A stretch of DNA of 35,729 nt from Ohtaekwangia sp. (GTDB lineage: Bacteria > Bacteroidota > Bacteroidia > Cytophagales > Cyclobacteriaceae). A program made the translations under genes and the position numbers. Location of the stretch: contig DASPJC010000293.1 of assembly GCA_035628815.1 (NCBI GenBank), positions 1 to 35,729 on the forward strand, given 5' to 3'. Positions 16,818-25,527 of the stretch are shown in pieces (positions within the stretch are counted from its first letter, which is position 1; every line of letters begins with the position of its first letter). The notes beneath the pieces were generated by a model. The model was not told the origin of the DNA. It worked only from the letters and a program-made list of their open reading frames with translations, and did no database searches.

Positions 16818-16861
16818 TCTTTAATGATTTCTTTTGCGCTCAGGAAATCTAACGCACACCC

Positions 16862-18082
16862 ATGTTAATTTTTAAGCGCCTGATTATTTCGTGTCTTGCA
16901 TTCAGCCTTGTTCACGTTACATCTTTTGCCCAGGATAATAAAACCGACACTATCCCGGCTGCACAGCAAAGAACACCCTGGTATAAAAAGATCAATATCC
17001 GCGGATACGCGCAGCTGCGGTATAACAAGTTGCTGGAGACAAACCCGGAATTAAAATGCGAGCAATGTGACAAATCGTGGGGTGGTGAAAACGGGTTTTT
17101 CTTTCGCCGTATCCGCATCATACTCTACGGGCAGGTTCACGAAAGAGTATACTTTTATATCCAGCCCGATTTCGCAAGCTCGCCAGGATCAGGCGCCCTG
17201 AATTTTGGACAGATCCGGGATGCCTATTTTGATGTCGGACTGGATAAGGCAAACACCTTTCGGATACGCATAGGACAAAGTAAAGTGCCGTTCGGATTTG
17301 AAAACCTTCAGTCCAGCCAGAATCGCCTGCCACTGGACCGCAATGATGCGTTGAACAGCGCTGTTGCCAATGAGCGGGACCTTGGAATGTTTTTTTATTG
17401 GGCCCCTTCGAAAATCAGGGAAAGATTTTCGTACCTGGTGAGTTCTGGGTTGAAGGGTTCTGGAGACTATGGTATTGTTGGATTCGGTCTGTACAACGGT
17501 CAAACTGCTAACCGCAACGACGAGAACGGCGACCCGCATGTTGTGGCCAGGATCAGTTATCCTTTGCAGCTGGGCCGGAAGCAGATCATCGAACCCGGCC
17601 TCCAGGCATTCCGTGGTAAATCGGTTGTATCAGCTGTAACCGCTGGCGTTGCAGGCAAGGAAAGCTTTGAATATCTCGACCAACGTGCAGCCGCATCAAT
17701 CGTGGTGTATCCACAGCCTTTTGGATTCTCTGCCGAGTATAATGTTGGTACCGGGCCGGAGTATAATCCGACGACGAACACGATTGAACAACGCAATCTT
17801 AAAGGCGGTTATGCAATGGCGTCTTATTTCCTGGATATAAAAGACCAGGTTCTTATTCCCTTTGTTCGCTATCAGTATTACAACGGTGGAAAAAAGCATG
17901 AACCGGATGCGCGCAGCTATCATGTAAAGGAACTGGAAATTGGTGCCGAATGGCAGCTGTTTAAAAACTTTGAAATGGTGGCGATGTATACGATCTCAGA
18001 AAGGCGTTTCGAAGATGGTGGCAAACCCGACAATTTCCAGAAAGGAAGACTGTTGCGGCTTCAGTTTCAGCTCAACTTTTAA
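16862..18082 (+). CDS. Phosphate-selective porin (OprO/OprP-like) outer-membrane protein
   Basis: Signal peptide ending SFA|Q; FFFRRIR, RDAYFD, RIGQSKVPFGFENLQSS, RDLG; C-terminal QFQLNF; divergent from pstS. Confidence 0.88.
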   Translation: MLIFKRLIISCLAFSLVHVTSFAQDNKTDTIPAAQQRTPWYKKINIRGYAQLRYNKLLETNPELKCEQCDKSWGGENGFFFRRIRIILYGQVHERVYFYIQPDFASSPGSGALNFGQIRDAYFDVGLDKANTFRIRIGQSKVPFGFENLQSSQNRLPLDRNDALNSAVANERDLGMFFYWAPSKIRERFSYLVSSGLKGSGDYGIVGFGLYNGQTANRNDENGDPHVVARISYPLQLGRKQIIEPGLQAFRGKSVVSAVTAGVAGKESFEYLDQRAAASIVVYPQPFGFSAEYNVGTGPEYNPTTNTIEQRNLKGGYAMASYFLDIKDQVLIPFVRYQYYNGGKKHEPDARSYHVKELEIGAEWQLFKNFEMVAMYTISERRFEDGGKPDNFQKGRLLRLQFQLNF

Positions 18083-18096
18083 TGCCGATAAGTACA

Positions 18097-18585
18097 CTAC
18101 TTCGCTTCATGAAGCAATGCTTCGAGATTCAGCGGCAAAGTATGCATGGTTATGCGGCCCTCTGCATCGAGCGGCCATTGATCCCGGGGACGGTCCCAGT
18201 ACAATTCAACACCATTCAGATCGGGATCATTCAGATACAATGCTTCGGAAACGCCGTGATCCGATGCGCCCGTAAGCGGATAGTCTGCTTCCCTTAAACG
18301 CTTCAGGGCAATACCGAGATCGCGTCGCGTGGGGTACAGGATCGCCGTGTGGTAAAGCCCTGCCGACTTTATGGGTGCCGGCGGGGCACCTTTGCTATGC
18401 CAGGTGTTCAACCCGATGTGGTGATGATATCCGCCGGCCGAAATGAACGCCGCGTTTTCACCATACATCAGCATGAGCTCAAATCCCAACAGACCGCAAT
18501 AAAAATCAAGCGACCGTTGGAGATCTGACACTTTCAAATGTACATGGCCGATCCGGGTGCCGTCGGGAATATTATAGTTTTCCAT
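18097..18585 (-). CDS. VOC family protein (glyoxalase / CatE catechol-2,3-dioxygenase-like)
   Basis: IGHVHLKVSDL, GGYHHHIGLNTW, GLYHTAIL, DHGVSEALYLNDPDLNGVELYWDRP. Confidence 0.92.
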   Translation of the reverse strand: MENYNIPDGTRIGHVHLKVSDLQRSLDFYCGLLGFELMLMYGENAAFISAGGYHHHIGLNTWHSKGAPPAPIKSAGLYHTAILYPTRRDLGIALKRLREADYPLTGASDHGVSEALYLNDPDLNGVELYWDRPRDQWPLDAEGRITMHTLPLNLEALLHEAK

Positions 18586-18708
18586 AAGCGTGATGATACA
18601 GTGAAGATAAGCATCCTCTTCGCGGCTGCCATCATTTTATCCCGATAACCAACAATTTCGGAAAATCAGTACCTTTAATGGTATCTCTATTCCTTTAATA
18701 CTGGCTTC

Positions 18709-19194
18709 ATGGCAACACCGATCCCTTCTTCCGGTACCCGGCAAAAACAAAGCCTTTTCGGCGCCATACTTACGACAGGTTTGCTCGTAGGAACGTTGGA
18801 CATCGTCACGGCGATGATCGTTTACAACGTGGGTCCTGCGCAAATATTTCCTTTCATCACCAGCGGCGCTTTCGGAAATGAAGCATTCTCAGGTAGTTTC
18901 ATAATGATTTTTTGGGGCATCGTGTTTCACTATTTTATAGCGTTCGCGTGGACGGTCGTATTTTTCCTGATGGTGCCGAAGGTTGCTATATTGAGAAAAC
19001 GAGCTGTTTTGAACGGCCTGCTCTATGGAATCGTCATCTGGCTGGTTATGAACATGATCATCCTGCCGTTGAGCCGGCTCTCCCAGGCGCCGTTGAATTT
19101 CAAAGCGGCTGTCATCGGTGCAGCTATACTCATGGTAATGGTGGGATTACCCATCGCGATGCTGGCGCAGCGTTACTACCGGGGCAAACGATAA
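18709..19194 (+). CDS. Hypothetical 4-TM membrane protein
   Basis: GLLVGTLDI, GIVFHYFIAFAW, GLLYGIVIWLVMN.IILPLS; four hydrophobic segments. Confidence 0.85.
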   Translation: MATPIPSSGTRQKQSLFGAILTTGLLVGTLDIVTAMIVYNVGPAQIFPFITSGAFGNEAFSGSFIMIFWGIVFHYFIAFAWTVVFFLMVPKVAILRKRAVLNGLLYGIVIWLVMNMIILPLSRLSQAPLNFKAAVIGAAILMVMVGLPIAMLAQRYYRGKR

Positions 19195-19271
19195 TCAATG
19201 GCGCACTTTTTTATCCCGAACGCTCCATTAATATTGTTGTATGCAGAACAGACTTTTGTTTTCGGGCGCCC

Positions 19272-20339
19272 ATGATCGATGATGTTTTAAAAGCCTTTGG
19301 GATAGCACCTGCCGGAGAAAGTGCCGAGCCACTGAAAAGCGGCCTGATCAATCATACGTGGAAGATCGCGGCTGGAGGCAAGCAGTTCATTCTTCAGCGC
19401 GTGAACGACAAGGTGTTCACTAACCCGGAACTGTTGGCCGCCAATCTCAGCATGTTAAGTGAACACCTCAAAACCGTGGCGCCGTCATATTTATTTGTCA
19501 CGCCGCTAGAAACCGTCGATGGTAAGATAATGTATCGCCATCCGCAAGAGGGGTTTTTCCGGATGTTCCCATTCATTGCCGGATCGCATACCATTGACGT
19601 TGCAGCATCTCCCGGGCAGGCTTTTGAAGCAGCTTTCCAATTTGGAAAATTCACAAAAACGCTGTCAGGCTTTGACGCGGGGCGGCTTCATGCCACCATT
19701 CCGGATTTTCATAATCTCGAACTTCGTTATGCTCATTTTGAAACCGCCGTTGAAAGCGGTGACCCGGTCCGCGTCCGTGAGGCAGCCGATGTGATTGCGG
19801 CAGTCCGTCGTCACCGCGGCATCGTGGAAACTTTCGCTGATATCCGGAAGAATGATGCGATCCGGAAGCGGGTGACACATCATGATACAAAGATCAGCAA
19901 TGTGCTGTTCAATGCTGCCGGAAAAGGAATCTGCGTGATCGATCTCGATACGGTGATGCCTGGTTACTTCATCAGTGACGTCGGCGATATGTTGCGAACC
20001 TACCTGTCACCCGCCAACGAAGAAGCCGTGGATTTTCAGTCCGTCGTGGTGCGGGAAGATTTTTTTCGCGCGGTAGTTGCGGGCTATGCATCCGCTATGC
20101 AGGCTGAACTCAGCCAGGAAGAACGGCGGATCTTTTTATATGCCGGATTTTTTTTAACCTACATGCAGGCCATTCGTTTTCTTACCGACTTTTGCAACGG
20201 TGATGTTTATTATGGGCAGCGTTACGAGGGGCATAATCTTGTAAGGGCCAAAAACCAGATGTGCCTATTGCGGGAACTGGAAGCAAAAAAAAGCGACCTT
20301 GAAATTATTGTATCGCGTGAGTTCGGTTCGAAGCGATAG
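19272..20339 (+). CDS. Aminoglycoside-phosphotransferase-fold sugar kinase (N-acetylhexosamine 1-kinase-like)
   Basis: SGLINHTW, FILQRVN, TIPDFH, RVTHHDTKISNVLF, VIDLDTVMPG, MQAIRFLTDF, HNLVRA. Start placed at ATG 19272 because the longer ORF overlaps the upstream gene. Confidence 0.88.
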   Translation: MIDDVLKAFGIAPAGESAEPLKSGLINHTWKIAAGGKQFILQRVNDKVFTNPELLAANLSMLSEHLKTVAPSYLFVTPLETVDGKIMYRHPQEGFFRMFPFIAGSHTIDVAASPGQAFEAAFQFGKFTKTLSGFDAGRLHATIPDFHNLELRYAHFETAVESGDPVRVREAADVIAAVRRHRGIVETFADIRKNDAIRKRVTHHDTKISNVLFNAAGKGICVIDLDTVMPGYFISDVGDMLRTYLSPANEEAVDFQSVVVREDFFRAVVAGYASAMQAELSQEERRIFLYAGFFLTYMQAIRFLTDFCNGDVYYGQRYEGHNLVRAKNQMCLLRELEAKKSDLEIIVSREFGSKR

Positions 20340-20347
20340 GTGTACCG

Positions 20348-21451
20348 TCAGATCTTAAAGAAAATCCCTTTCTTGTAAAGAAACCAACAGAGCCACCACT
20401 CCAATGCAAAAATCACCAGTGAAGTAATGATACCCATGACGACAGGCGGTGCGTGGGCCAGGCTCATTAATCCATTCGTGATCGCACCAATGAACCCGTT
20501 GAACCATCGCCCTGCCACAATTTCGATGAAGAGGTAGATGAATAAGGAGTTCATTCCTACGACGGTAAAAAACGGCGTATACTTTTTGTTTTGCATGATG
20601 TCGATCCACCAGTAAAATAGAGCGAGGGTAAGCAGGCACCACCCGCCGGATGAGAGCACGAAAGAACTGGTAGCAATCCGTTTGATGATGGGCGTGACGG
20701 TAACGTCCATGATGTACCCGCTCACCAGGATAATTACGCCACAGACAACAAGTTTGGTAATCTTCTCATGCACCGGCCGGACGGATAGTAACAGGTTTCC
20801 GGCCAGGACACCCCAGATGGTGTGTGCAGCAGTAGGGATACAGTTGATGGCAACCCATCCGTCGCCATTCATCTTGTTCATGAGCACCAGGTCAATGTAG
20901 TTACCGAAATTGTGCTGATCGGTAAAGGCCTGATCAAAGCCGGGAATGTTCGTAAACCGGTAAAGGACCTCCGTTAACGCCAGCAATCCCAAACTAAAAA
21001 CGATCTGCGCGCCATTGGACCACCGGTAGATCAGGAAAGCGACCAACGTTGTGAACGCCAGTTGGGTAAGTACATTCCACAGTTCAAATGATAAGCCACC
21101 GGGACGAACGGCATAATCCAGCACGCCCCAGAAAAAAAGCCATCCGGAACGTTTCAATACTTTCATAAATGAAAGACGCCAGGGCATTCCCTGTTGCTGT
21201 TGCCGGCGGAGCGAGAAGGCCATCGCCGTCCCGGCCATGAACATGAAGCCGGGCTGTATCAGGTCCCAGAACCGGAGACCGTTCCAGGGATGGTGGAAGA
21301 ACTGTGTGATGAAAAATTGAATATTATAATTTTCTGTCGCATCGTGCAGGTGATTGAACAAATGTGTGCTTTCGAGCATCAGCAGCACCATGATCAGGCC
21401 GCGCATGAAATCCAGAGAAAGGAGTCTTTGAGAGGTGTTCTGTAAAAGCAT
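20348..21451 (-). CDS. Heparan-alpha-glucosaminide N-acetyltransferase-like membrane protein (DUF5009 / NagX-like)
   Basis: RLLSLDFMRG, HHPWNGLRFWDLIQPGFMFMAG, PIIKRIATSSF, VGMNSLFIY; multi-TM. Confidence 0.88.
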   Translation of the reverse strand: MLLQNTSQRLLSLDFMRGLIMVLLMLESTHLFNHLHDATENYNIQFFITQFFHHPWNGLRFWDLIQPGFMFMAGTAMAFSLRRQQQQGMPWRLSFMKVLKRSGWLFFWGVLDYAVRPGGLSFELWNVLTQLAFTTLVAFLIYRWSNGAQIVFSLGLLALTEVLYRFTNIPGFDQAFTDQHNFGNYIDLVLMNKMNGDGWVAINCIPTAAHTIWGVLAGNLLLSVRPVHEKITKLVVCGVIILVSGYIMDVTVTPIIKRIATSSFVLSSGGWCLLTLALFYWWIDIMQNKKYTPFFTVVGMNSLFIYLFIEIVAGRWFNGFIGAITNGLMSLAHAPPVVMGIITSLVIFALEWWLCWFLYKKGIFFKI

Positions 21452-21506
21452 AGGGAAATCGCGCAGTGCTTATCGCCGGTTTTTTTAGATGCGGCAATAA
21501 AGATCG

Positions 21507-21514
21507 CAAATTTA
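21507..21514 (-). promoter_or_regulatory. -7 promoter element (TAAATTTG) for the HGSNAT-like gene
   Basis: Exact TAnnTTTG on the minus strand about 55 nt upstream of the ATG at 21451. Confidence 0.5.
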
Positions 21515-21651
21515 TACAAGCCACCTGTCTGGCTGTGTGGGGTACGGGCTTCATAGGGCGTCCGCGAACCCGGTTGAATTCTGATGGCTTATGTCTAAGC
21601 GAACGGCGCGCGAAGGACTATACTGCCACCTGGCGGCAAGAATGACTTTCT

Positions 21652-22869
21652 TTATTTGCCATCATCTTTGCGTTTCTCCTTATCGTCATCCTTGCGCTTA
21701 TCTTTATTATCCTTTTTTCCGTCAGCATCTTTATCCTCTTTGCCGCTGAAGATCTTTTCAAGAAAAGTTTTCTTTTCCTTTTTTCCGGTATCGACCGAAG
21801 CGATGTTTATCTCATTGTCGATCGACGGCTGGATAGCCTGGATGAAAGCATTCTGAAGAACCTGGACAATGGCATACCAGATGTTGGCCGTAGGATTTTC
21901 CACGTTTCCCCGGAAAGGAATTTTTGTTGCAACCTGGTCTTTGCTTTGATTTTCAAATACCTCTCCCAGGCCGCCGGCCAGACCCTCCCACATTTTCCTG
22001 AAAACATTGTCCTCGCGGTCTTCTTTTCCCAGCACGTCAAGGTCCTGCAGCAAAGGTTTGACATAACCTTCGAAACGTCCTTCCTTCGCGGCCACTTCCG
22101 TATAAAGGCCGAATTTTCCTTTGTTTACATCGATTTTCGCATAGGCCTTAAAGAAGTCATTCAGCTTTACGAGGTTAATGTCCTTTGCCTCCGCATTCAT
22201 GTCGTAGGTGGCGATCTCGGCCAGGGGATTTAATTTCATGTTAAACGTCAGCTCACCATCGTACACATTTGCGCTCGCACGTATAGATGCCGGTAATACT
22301 GCCGCTGAGTCATAACTGTTTTTCAGATTCAATGCCAGTACCTGCAGGTTCGTCATCTGTACATCGACTTTTGGATTGGATTGATTGTCGATGTATTGGA
22401 CACGACCGTTATTGATCTCCAGCCGGTTCACTCGCAGCGGCATGAATTCATCTGCGAGGTTGTCAAATTTCGCAGAGTCTTTTCGCACGGTTTCCGGCTC
22501 GACTTTCTCCTTGGTGAATCGTATCATCGGACTTTCAAAAATTGCCTCACCGACAATGGACCCGTGGAAAAGGGCCTTCCATTCGATTGAAAGGTCAATA
22601 ACGGATGCTGAAAGGAAGGGTGTTTGTTTCCCTGAAACCGAGTCAACCTTGTTCAGGTATACGCTGTCAATTTTATAGGCGCCGCGGATGATCGCCAGAT
22701 CGATATCTTCAATATGGCCGTAATATCCCTCCATGTTGGCCAGTGATTTGTTAGCATAGTGCAGAATGATGTAGGGAAGGATCAACCGGATGACGATCAC
22801 CGCGGCGATGACAATAAGGATGGTCTTGAACGTTTTAGTGGTGGTCCACCCGCGTTTATGCTGAGTCAT
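21652..22869 (-). CDS. DUF748 / AsmA-like domain protein
   Basis: N-terminal TM anchor, beta-rich body, GYVKPL, DQVATKIP, VLQNAFIQA motifs; low-complexity K/D tail. Confidence 0.8.
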   Translation of the reverse strand: MTQHKRGWTTTKTFKTILIVIAAVIVIRLILPYIILHYANKSLANMEGYYGHIEDIDLAIIRGAYKIDSVYLNKVDSVSGKQTPFLSASVIDLSIEWKALFHGSIVGEAIFESPMIRFTKEKVEPETVRKDSAKFDNLADEFMPLRVNRLEINNGRVQYIDNQSNPKVDVQMTNLQVLALNLKNSYDSAAVLPASIRASANVYDGELTFNMKLNPLAEIATYDMNAEAKDINLVKLNDFFKAYAKIDVNKGKFGLYTEVAAKEGRFEGYVKPLLQDLDVLGKEDREDNVFRKMWEGLAGGLGEVFENQSKDQVATKIPFRGNVENPTANIWYAIVQVLQNAFIQAIQPSIDNEINIASVDTGKKEKKTFLEKIFSGKEDKDADGKKDNKDKRKDDDKEKRKDDGK

Positions 22870-23047
22870 TTGAATACGATGCTGTTGGATTACAGAACAG
22901 ACCTAAAATTAAATGCCATTGGCTGAGACCCGATCCTAACCGACTAATTATCAGAATATTACCTAAATCAGCAAACGAGCTGACCGGGAGGCTTCTGTTG
23001 TTCGTCAAAGAGGTCTATATTAATGGTGTCATCATAAATCTCGAAAT

Positions 23048-23758
23048 ATGAAATGTGCAGTAATTTTTTGGTGCCTTATACTCATGGGGCAGAGCGGGTT
23101 TTCGCAGATTGACTTTAAGAAATTGAAAAAAGCTATCGGGGGCAAAGGCGAGCTTTCCACCGAGGAGGTGGCAATGGGTTTGAAGGAAGCGCTGACCAAA
23201 GGTGTTTCGACCGGCTCCGACAAGGTTTCGCAGCCTGATGGTTATTTCAAGAATCCCGCAATCAAAATTCCGTTTCCGCCGGAGATAAAGCAGGTGGAGA
23301 CGCGGCTTCGGCAAATTGGTCTCGATGAGCAGGTGGATGAATTTGTGTTATCCTTGAATCGGGCAGCCGAAGATGCCGGAAAGGAAGCGAAGGCGATTTT
23401 TATTGCGGCCATCAAACAGATGACCATCGACGACGCATGGGCGATATTAAAAGGCGAAGATGATGCCGCAACGCAGTACCTGAAACGGACAACGTCGCTG
23501 CAGCTGAAGGAAAAATTCAAGCCCGTCATCCAGAATTCGCTGAACAAAGTGAATGCGACCAAGTATTACAGTAACCTGATCAACAGTTATAATAAGATCC
23601 CCCTGGTCTCCAAGGTGAATCCTAATCTCGATGATTATGCCACCGACAAAGCGATCGAGGGCTTGTTTGTAATGATCGCGAAGGAAGAGAAAGATATCCG
23701 GAAGGATCCTCTTGCGCGGACTTCCGACCTCCTGAAAAAGGTCTTTGGAGCCCAGTAG
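23048..23758 (+). CDS. DUF4197 domain-containing exported protein
   Basis: GLKEALTKG, SLNRAAEDA, MTIDDAWAILKG.DDAATQYL, EEKDIRKDP.ARTSDLLKKVFG. Confidence 0.92.
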   Translation: MKCAVIFWCLILMGQSGFSQIDFKKLKKAIGGKGELSTEEVAMGLKEALTKGVSTGSDKVSQPDGYFKNPAIKIPFPPEIKQVETRLRQIGLDEQVDEFVLSLNRAAEDAGKEAKAIFIAAIKQMTIDDAWAILKGEDDAATQYLKRTTSLQLKEKFKPVIQNSLNKVNATKYYSNLINSYNKIPLVSKVNPNLDDYATDKAIEGLFVMIAKEEKDIRKDPLARTSDLLKKVFGAQ

Positions 23759-23766
23759 CTATCTGC

Positions 23767-23970
23767 TTACAAGGCTCTTTCGTAGAACCCGGCGGTTTTC
23801 ACCAGCCTGACGGTGTCGCCATGACAGTCGATGCCAATACCTGCTTCGACAATCGTGTAACCGGCACAATGCGCTTTTGCGGTGGTGGTATTAGAAGCGG
23901 TCAGAAGTTGTGAACCAAAAGCCACTACCAGGAGGCAGAGACCGATAATCGTAAATAAGATTCTTTTCAT
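23767..23970 (-). CDS. Small exported or membrane-anchored hypothetical protein (67 aa)
   Basis: MKRILFTIIGLCLLVVAF N-terminal signal/anchor; two further Cys in the mature part; canonical promoter element about 110 nt upstream. Confidence 0.65.
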   Translation of the reverse strand: MKRILFTIIGLCLLVVAFGSQLLTASNTTTAKAHCAGYTIVEAGIGIDCHGDTVRLVKTAGFYERAL

Positions 23971-24079
23971 CTGGTTACGGAAATTTGTGATCAGTACAAC
24001 CATTTGATCCGAACCAGAGGGGTCTAATTGGTAAGGCAGCTGGATCAAACCTGGCATCCTTTATCCCGGATGCGCTTTG

Positions 24080-24087
24080 CAAATATA
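24080..24087 (-). promoter_or_regulatory. -7 promoter element (TATATTTG) for the 23767-23970 gene
   Basis: Minus strand reads CCG-TATATTTG-CAAAGC, a consensus match. Confidence 0.6.
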
Positions 24088-24475
24088 CGGAAAAGGGCAG
24101 CCGGACGACGTAAGTTTTGGCAGAAATTTTAACTTTTTCGGAAAATACGGCTCAAAAGACCGTTTTGTGCGCACACAGAAAAAGGTTGAAAAATCATTAA
24201 TTTCGTTAAAAAATGGGTTTGAGAGACTGTTAGCGTTTGGTAGCCTGCCTGTTAGGGAAAAAATCCAGAAGTAAGAATTGAACAGAATTGCTAATAAAGT
24301 ACCTGTAGGTCAGGCATCTATCACAAGAAGGGAGGACTTTCCTCAACCGCGTTCCGTTTTTTTAAAGGTTTCCCCATCCGGGATTTCTCGCCGGGCGCAA
24401 AATAATGCCGTGCGGTGGCATCGGTTTTAAGGCAGATCTGTATCAACCAAATTTCAACAACAAAATATCAGGATC

Positions 24476-24718
24476 ATGGGCTCAGTCACTATTCCATCCG
24501 AGGATACAATCACTTTTAAGGATTTTAGCGAAGGAAATTCCGTACAGGTCAGAACGGTCGTGCGCGATACACAAAAGGAATTCGAAAAGGGCAAGACCGT
24601 CACTGTAGTTCATCTCGACCACGAGGCAAAGGGCAGGATCGTGTCAGAACCACTCGTTATTGAAGAAAAGACTGAAGACGGCGGCCAGGTGCTTTCGTTG
24701 ATCGTAGAAAAGGTTTAA
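24476..24718 (+). CDS. Hypothetical protein (80 aa, beta-rich)
   Basis: ATG after an A-rich tract; natural amino-acid composition; no overlap with stronger genes. Confidence 0.7.
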   Translation: MGSVTIPSEDTITFKDFSEGNSVQVRTVVRDTQKEFEKGKTVTVVHLDHEAKGRIVSEPLVIEEKTEDGGQVLSLIVEKV

Positions 24719-24800
24719 AACCATCTTTTTGCTATCATTTGAGCAAGGCACAAGCTCAAAATCACCAACCATGCCGGCCGGCAAGAAAAAATTACCTTTT

Positions 24801-24818
24801 TTTAAACATTTGATTAAA
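24801..24818. promoter_or_regulatory. Putative TetR operator 1
   Basis: TTTAAACATTTGATTAAA, an imperfect 18-bp palindrome upstream of tetR; near-identical copy at 25492. Confidence 0.7.
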
Positions 24819-24866
24819 TCTTTCGTTTAACCGGTAAGAAGTGATTATTTTGCATGGTTAGGACTT

Positions 24867-25475
24867 ATGGCTAAATCAAAACGAGAAGCTGTCGACAAGA
24901 CAACGGAGCAAAAGATAAAGGAAGCTGCACAGCAGGTTTTTACGCAAAAAGGATATGCCGCTACCAGAACCCGTGATATCGCGGAAGCTGCCGGAATCAA
25001 CCTCGCCCTGCTCAATTATTATTTCCGAAGCAAGGAGAAGCTTTTCGAGATCATTATGATGGAGAAGCTCGCCAGGTTTTTCGGCACCGTCGCGCCGCTG
25101 TTCGATGATCCTTCAACAACGTTGGATCAAAAAATTTCGGCCGTGGCAGAAGGCTATATTGATATGCTGCTTCAAAGTCCGGACCTGCCCTTGTTCGTAC
25201 TGAGCGAGATACGCGCAAATCCCGAGCGATTTCTGAGCAAGATACCGCTGGCCAAGGTTCTGGAGTCCGACTTCTTTAGACAATTGAAAACCATAAGACC
25301 TGATCTCCATCCGGTACACTTTATGATGAATATTGTCAGCCTGTCCGTATTTCCGTTTATCATGAAACCGGTGTTGGAGTCCGCCGGCATCGTCACGCCA
25401 AAAACCTTTGAAACGATTGCCCGTGAAAGGAAGAAGCTGATTCCGCAATGGATAAGCGCCATGCTGAAACCGTAA
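24867..25475 (+). CDS. TetR/AcrR family transcriptional regulator
   Basis: HTH region: IKEAAQQVFTQKGYAATRTRDIAEAAGINLALLNYYFRSKEKLF. Confidence 0.96.
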   Translation: MAKSKREAVDKTTEQKIKEAAQQVFTQKGYAATRTRDIAEAAGINLALLNYYFRSKEKLFEIIMMEKLARFFGTVAPLFDDPSTTLDQKISAVAEGYIDMLLQSPDLPLFVLSEIRANPERFLSKIPLAKVLESDFFRQLKTIRPDLHPVHFMMNIVSLSVFPFIMKPVLESAGIVTPKTFETIARERKKLIPQWISAMLKP

Positions 25476-25491
25476 AATTTTTTGCTTGTTG

Positions 25492-25509
25492 TTTAAACAA
25501 ATGATTAAA
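25492..25509. promoter_or_regulatory. Putative TetR operator 2
   Basis: TTTAAACAAATGATTAAA between tetR and tolC; 16 of 18 positions identical to operator 1. Confidence 0.7.
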
Positions 25510-25527
25510 ACGAAAAATCAAATATTA

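Noticed and set aside
18912-19271. 120-aa N-terminal extension of the kinase ORF (475 aa in the track)
   Set aside because: It overlaps the credible 18709-19194 membrane gene in another frame and has no protein-like pattern; kinase motifs begin after ATG 19272.
21655-21790. K/D-rich repetitive tail of the DUF748 protein
   Set aside because: Low-complexity coding sequence, not a DNA repeat element.
23990-24075. Assignment of the leader to SAM-I or c-di-GMP-I riboswitch classes
   Set aside because: Only short fragments (ATTAGACCC, GCAAA) resemble them; the conserved cores and stem order are absent.
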